A stretch of DNA of 60,114 bases, counting the filler, from Piptocephalis cylindrospora (lineage: Eukaryota), in NCBI GenBank assembly GCA_003614145.1. It is 8 parts of 8 records of this genome, joined end to end, with 100 filler letters (N's around TTAATTAATTAA, not from the genome) between each part and the next. Parts side by side here need not be neighbours in the genome. Positions count along the whole stretch, not along the records: positions 52,737 to 60,114 come from KZ988209.1; 7 more parts are not named here. One strand, written 5' to 3'. Positions within the stretch are counted from its first letter, which is position 1, and each line of letters starts with the position of its first letter. Of this stretch, positions 59,941 through 60,114 are shown piece by piece. The translations under genes and the position numbers were made by a program. Under the pieces are notes generated by a model, which saw only the letters and a program-made list of their open reading frames with translations, was not told the DNA's origin and ran no database searches.

Positions 59941-60114
59941 GTAATCCCCTCCCCTTCCTCCCCTTTTTCTCTGTTGTTTTCACCTTTATATTTTCAAAAC
60001 TGCTAAATTTCTTTTTCTTTTTTAATATAACGGGTCAATTCTTGAAAAGATCCGCACGGCCAGATAACGTATATTGCACGAGATAGAGGAAAGATGAGGG
60101 TGAGAATAGAGGTG

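Noticed and set aside
1..60114. tRNA, rRNA, CRISPR or prokaryotic defence systems
   Set aside because: None were recognised by eye, and the DNA is eukaryotic with spliceosomal introns. tRNAscan-SE or Infernal would be needed to exclude small RNAs.

Overview
This is eukaryotic fungal genomic DNA, not a continuous locus. Eight unlinked contigs of about 7.4-7.5 kb, sorted by decreasing length, are joined by artificial 100-nt spacers (N44-TTAATTAATTAA-N44). It is gene-dense, with short GT-AG introns (GTAAGT/GTATGT donors, CTAAC/CTCAC-type branch points). Gene style suggests a compact early-diverging fungus, possibly a Zoopagomycota mycoparasite such as Piptocephalis; that is inference only. Recognisable genes: ATG2-like fragment, RPS27, peroxisomal Lon, mitochondrial uL30, NBP2-like SH3, ALG12, RKI1, MFAP1, CCDC6-like, SMC6, GLT1 (C-terminus), HSF, flavodoxin-like quinone reductase, PDI (MPD1/PDIA6-like), mitochondrial SSB, RPS23, GCFC2/PAXBP1-like, NPR2, SEC8 fragment and OSCA/TMEM63, plus several orphan secreted proteins. 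Most notable: (1) an OSCA/TMEM63 channel gene whose first exon and body lie on opposite strands in matching splice phase, with a degenerate inverted repeat at the two intron halves; (2) a candidate poison 3' splice site in the RPS27 intron; (3) a homopolymer frameshift in HSF; (4) a pair of paralogous Gly/Tyr- and Asn/Tyr-rich small secreted proteins. Several broken genes (HSF, SEC8, ATG2, OSCA) could be assembly or amplification artefacts and need read-level checks.
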